A DNA stretch of 64,000 nt from a virus (lineage: Duplodnaviria; Caudoviricetes). The DNA lies in IMG/VR virus record IMGVR_UViG_3300028277_000003, positions 1,436-65,435 of that record; one strand, written 5' to 3'. Shown here piece after piece: positions 61,727-64,000 of the stretch (positions within the stretch are counted from its first letter, which is position 1; each line of letters opens with the position of its first letter). Position numbers and translations under genes: made by a program. The notes under the pieces were generated by a model that did not search any database, was not told the DNA's origin, and worked only from the letters and a program-made list of their open reading frames with translations.

Positions 61727-64000
61727 ATGGGTACGGCACGAAACTTTAGCGTAAAAACAGGATTAGATATAGACGACGGCGATTTAACATTAACCGATGG
61801 AGATATCTTATTAACGGCTGGATTTTTACAGAGTACACCAGCGTCAGGTAATCCGTTAAAAATCAACGGTTCTACAATTTCAACTTTATCAGGTAACCAC
61901 GCTATTAACATTACACCTCATGGAATAGGCTCAGTAGTTATTTCTAAAACAGACATTAACGGTGGTACAATTGACGGTACTACCATTGATACATCTGACA
62001 TTACAGTAGGTAGTGAAAAAACGCTCAATGTATCGGGTGGTACACTAACAACTTCTCAAGCACAGAAACTTGCTATCGTTGAAGGAGTTGGCGCTCATAC
62101 AGACATAGGCGCTTACAATTTTAGAGCAAGTACTCTGATAGCGGATGTTGCTGATGGTACTGCACCACTTACAATTACATCTACAACTAAAGTTGCTAAT
62201 CTGAACGTGGAACAATTAGACGGCTCGGATTGGACAGCAGCGCCCGCTACTACTTTCGGTACTGACGGCTCAGGTGTAGATGTAACATTCCACTCCGCTA
62301 CTAGTGGTGACAATATGTTGTGGGATACTAGTGCAAAGCAATTGAAAATTGTCGGTACTGCTAGCAGTGTTGCACTTGATGTTGATACTGGTGACTTCAC
62401 AGTTGGTGCTTATGGATTAACTAATGCTGGTGCAGCGACTATCGCTTCAATGGCCGGTGACTGGACTAACGAAGGCAGAACTGTGGCCGATGCTGGTATT
62501 CTTACAACTGTTGACATTAATGGTGGTACAATTGATGCTGCTGATATTACAGTAGGTAGCGGTAAGACACTCAATGTGTCTGCCGGTACGCTTACTCTTG
62601 CAGCCAACCAAATTAGCGGAGATGCAGTTGAAGGAGGAACAATTGCTGCTACTACCATCACGGCTCTTACAACTGCTGGAATTACAGCGACTGCTAATCT
62701 TGACATTGGTGATTACACCATAACTGGCACTCGTTTTATCTCTGATATTGCTACTGGGACTGCACCTTTGGCAGTAACATCTACAACCGAAGTTGCCAAT
62801 CTAAATGTAGCGCAACTTAGTGGTGCTGATTGGGATGAACCTCTAGCAATTGGTGGCACTACTGCGGCTGCTGGTACATTCAGTACGCTAACTGCAACCA
62901 GTTTAGAAACATCTAGTTGGGGTAAAATAAACGGAAATGCAAGAGAAAGTACCACTAATTTCCAAGTCAATGCTTCCGCTAGAAGCGGTGGAGCAACGGG
63001 AGGTACAACAATATATGCAGAAGCGAGATTATATTCTGATATAGCGAATGATGATATGGCAGGGGTATATAATAATTATACAGGTATGGCTAATTCATTA
63101 ATTTTAGAAAATGCTGAGAATGTAGTTGATTCAGGTCAAGGTATTATTTACACAGTTGGAACAGGCGCAGATACTGGTAGTACATATGCTGCTGGTAGAA
63201 TGTCGAGTACGGATAACAGGTACACAATAGGGTACTTTGCTGATAACTGGGATGAAATAGGTTATGCTAACTCCGCCGGCGATGGTCAAGATACAGAAAA
63301 TCCACTATTGTTGGCTAATTCTCTCCTTCACATAGGTGCTGATGGAGACTTGACGTTACATAAAGCCGGAGGAACATTAAGTTTCACTTCAAATACTGAT
63401 AAAATAACAAGTTTCGTAGGTAGTGCGAGTGCGACTGCGAGCGCCGCCTATGTTTTACCAACAGCCGTACCATCAGGCGGTAGTAAGATTTTACAATCCA
63501 CAACAAGCGGTGTAATGAGTTGGGTAGCGGCTGGTAGCGGTGAAACCAATCAAAATGCATGGGGTATTATTACTGTTCCAGCGGGGACAACAACACAAAC
63601 AGCAGCAGTAGATGCGGATTCAATTGCTTTTACTGTAGCAGACGGAATTAAAATTACCGGCGGAACTGATACAATTGAGTTTGCACTAAATGTCGATGGT
63701 GCCGGGGCATCGCCTATTGCAAGCGGTGATTTGATTGCTTTTGCAGATGTATCTCATGCTTCTAATAGAACTCAAAAAGAGTCAATTGACGATATCGCTG
63801 CGCTATTCGCTGGCACAGGTCTTACTGCTGCTAGTGCTGTAATAAGTGTCGATGCTGCGCAGACGGCTGCTACCAGTAGTATGACTAGTACTACATCACG
63901 TACAATCACAACTCCATTACTTAGTGTCGAAAGCGGTACTTCTAGTAAACCTGTTATACAAATTAAAAATACACACGACGGTACTACTGGAGCAGAACTA
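61727..64000 (+). CDS. Tail fibre protein (partial, runs off the right edge; absent from the ORF track)
   Basis: GGTGA RBS, MGTARNFSVKTGLDIDDG start; the segments translated (start, internal repeats, end) share one frame; repeated DINGGTID and GTAPLx[IV]TSTTxVANLNV units. Confidence 0.8.
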   Translation, partial: MGTARNFSVKTGLDIDDGDLTLTDGDILLTAGFLQSTPASGNPLKINGSTISTLSGNHAINITPHGIGSVVISKTDINGGTIDGTTIDTSDITVGSEKTLNVSGGTLTTSQAQKLAIVEGVGAHTDIGAYNFRASTLIADVADGTAPLTITSTTKVANLNVEQLDGSDWTAAPATTFGTDGSGVDVTFHSATSGDNMLWDTSAKQLKIVGTASSVALDVDTGDFTVGAYGLTNAGAATIASMAGDWTNEGRTVADAGILTTVDINGGTIDAADITVGSGKTLNVSAGTLTLAANQISGDAVEGGTIAATTITALTTAGITATANLDIGDYTITGTRFISDIATGTAPLAVTSTTEVANLNVAQLSGADWDEPLAIGGTTAAAGTFSTLTATSLETSSWGKINGNARESTTNFQVNASARSGGATGGTTIYAEARLYSDIANDDMAGVYNNYTGMANSLILENAENVVDSGQGIIYTVGTGADTGSTYAAGRMSSTDNRYTIGYFADNWDEIGYANSAGDGQDTENPLLLANSLLHIGADGDLTLHKAGGTLSFTSNTDKITSFVGSASATASAAYVLPTAVPSGGSKILQSTTSGVMSWVAAGSGETNQNAWGIITVPAGTTTQTAAVDADSIAFTVADGIKITGGTDTIEFALNVDGAGASPIASGDLIAFADVSHASNRTQKESIDDIAALFAGTGLTAASAVISVDAAQTAATSSMTSTTSRTITTPLLSVESGTSSKPVIQIKNTHDGTTGAEL

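Noticed and set aside
40847-62970. Numerous 60-150 aa minus-strand or alternate-frame ORFs in the tail region
   Set aside because: All are nested within long + strand genes and are explained by codon bias; those at 61636-62970 are antisense to the partial fibre gene starting at 61727
1-64000. tRNA, rRNA, integrase, transposase, reverse transcriptase/DGR, contractile sheath
   Set aside because: No cloverleaf or T-loop signature was noticed in the few intergenic gaps and no such protein motifs were recognised; a covariance-model and profile scan would be needed to exclude them formally

Overview
The window is the virion-morphogenesis half of a large head-tailed (Caudoviricetes) archaeal virus. 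The most likely assignment is a magrovirus-type virus of Marine Group II (Poseidoniales) archaea; this is inferred from GGTGA/GAGGTG ribosome-binding sites, TATA-like promoters and gene content, and needs a database check. All credible genes but one are on the + strand and tightly packed. Order: (1) 1-7 kb, a variable cluster of candidate virion-packaged effectors (GNAT-like, ADP-ribosyltransferase-like, SAM-lyase-like, HNH-like, Zn-finger) plus an intact HMG-CoA lyase; (2) 7.1-11 kb, a membrane-protein cluster with an Arf/Rab-like small GTPase and an AbrB-type regulator; (3) 11-16.5 kb, a TerS candidate and low-complexity proteins; (4) TerL, a LAGLIDADG protein, portal, small scaffold-like proteins, an 1873-aa protein with a degenerate ligase domain, prohead protease/scaffold and major capsid protein; (5) neck and tail genes with a -1 frameshift chaperone, a very short tape measure, a 5613-aa LamG-containing protein and tail fibres. 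The most striking unexplained signal is a 10-12 aa tag, roughly [AP]-[FMI]-[DE]-x-A-[WF]-x-[LIF]-L-K. It recurs at least 11 times on unrelated proteins, sometimes as near-identical DNA repeats, and splits one ORF into a four-module polyprotein. It ends in the same hydrophobic-x-K/[AGS] site that is common in the scaffold and capsid proteins. This suggests a capsid-targeting, protease-released and recombinationally shuffled effector-delivery system, with several cargoes carrying PIP-box-like (PCNA-binding) motifs. All family assignments were made by eye from motifs; no searches were run.
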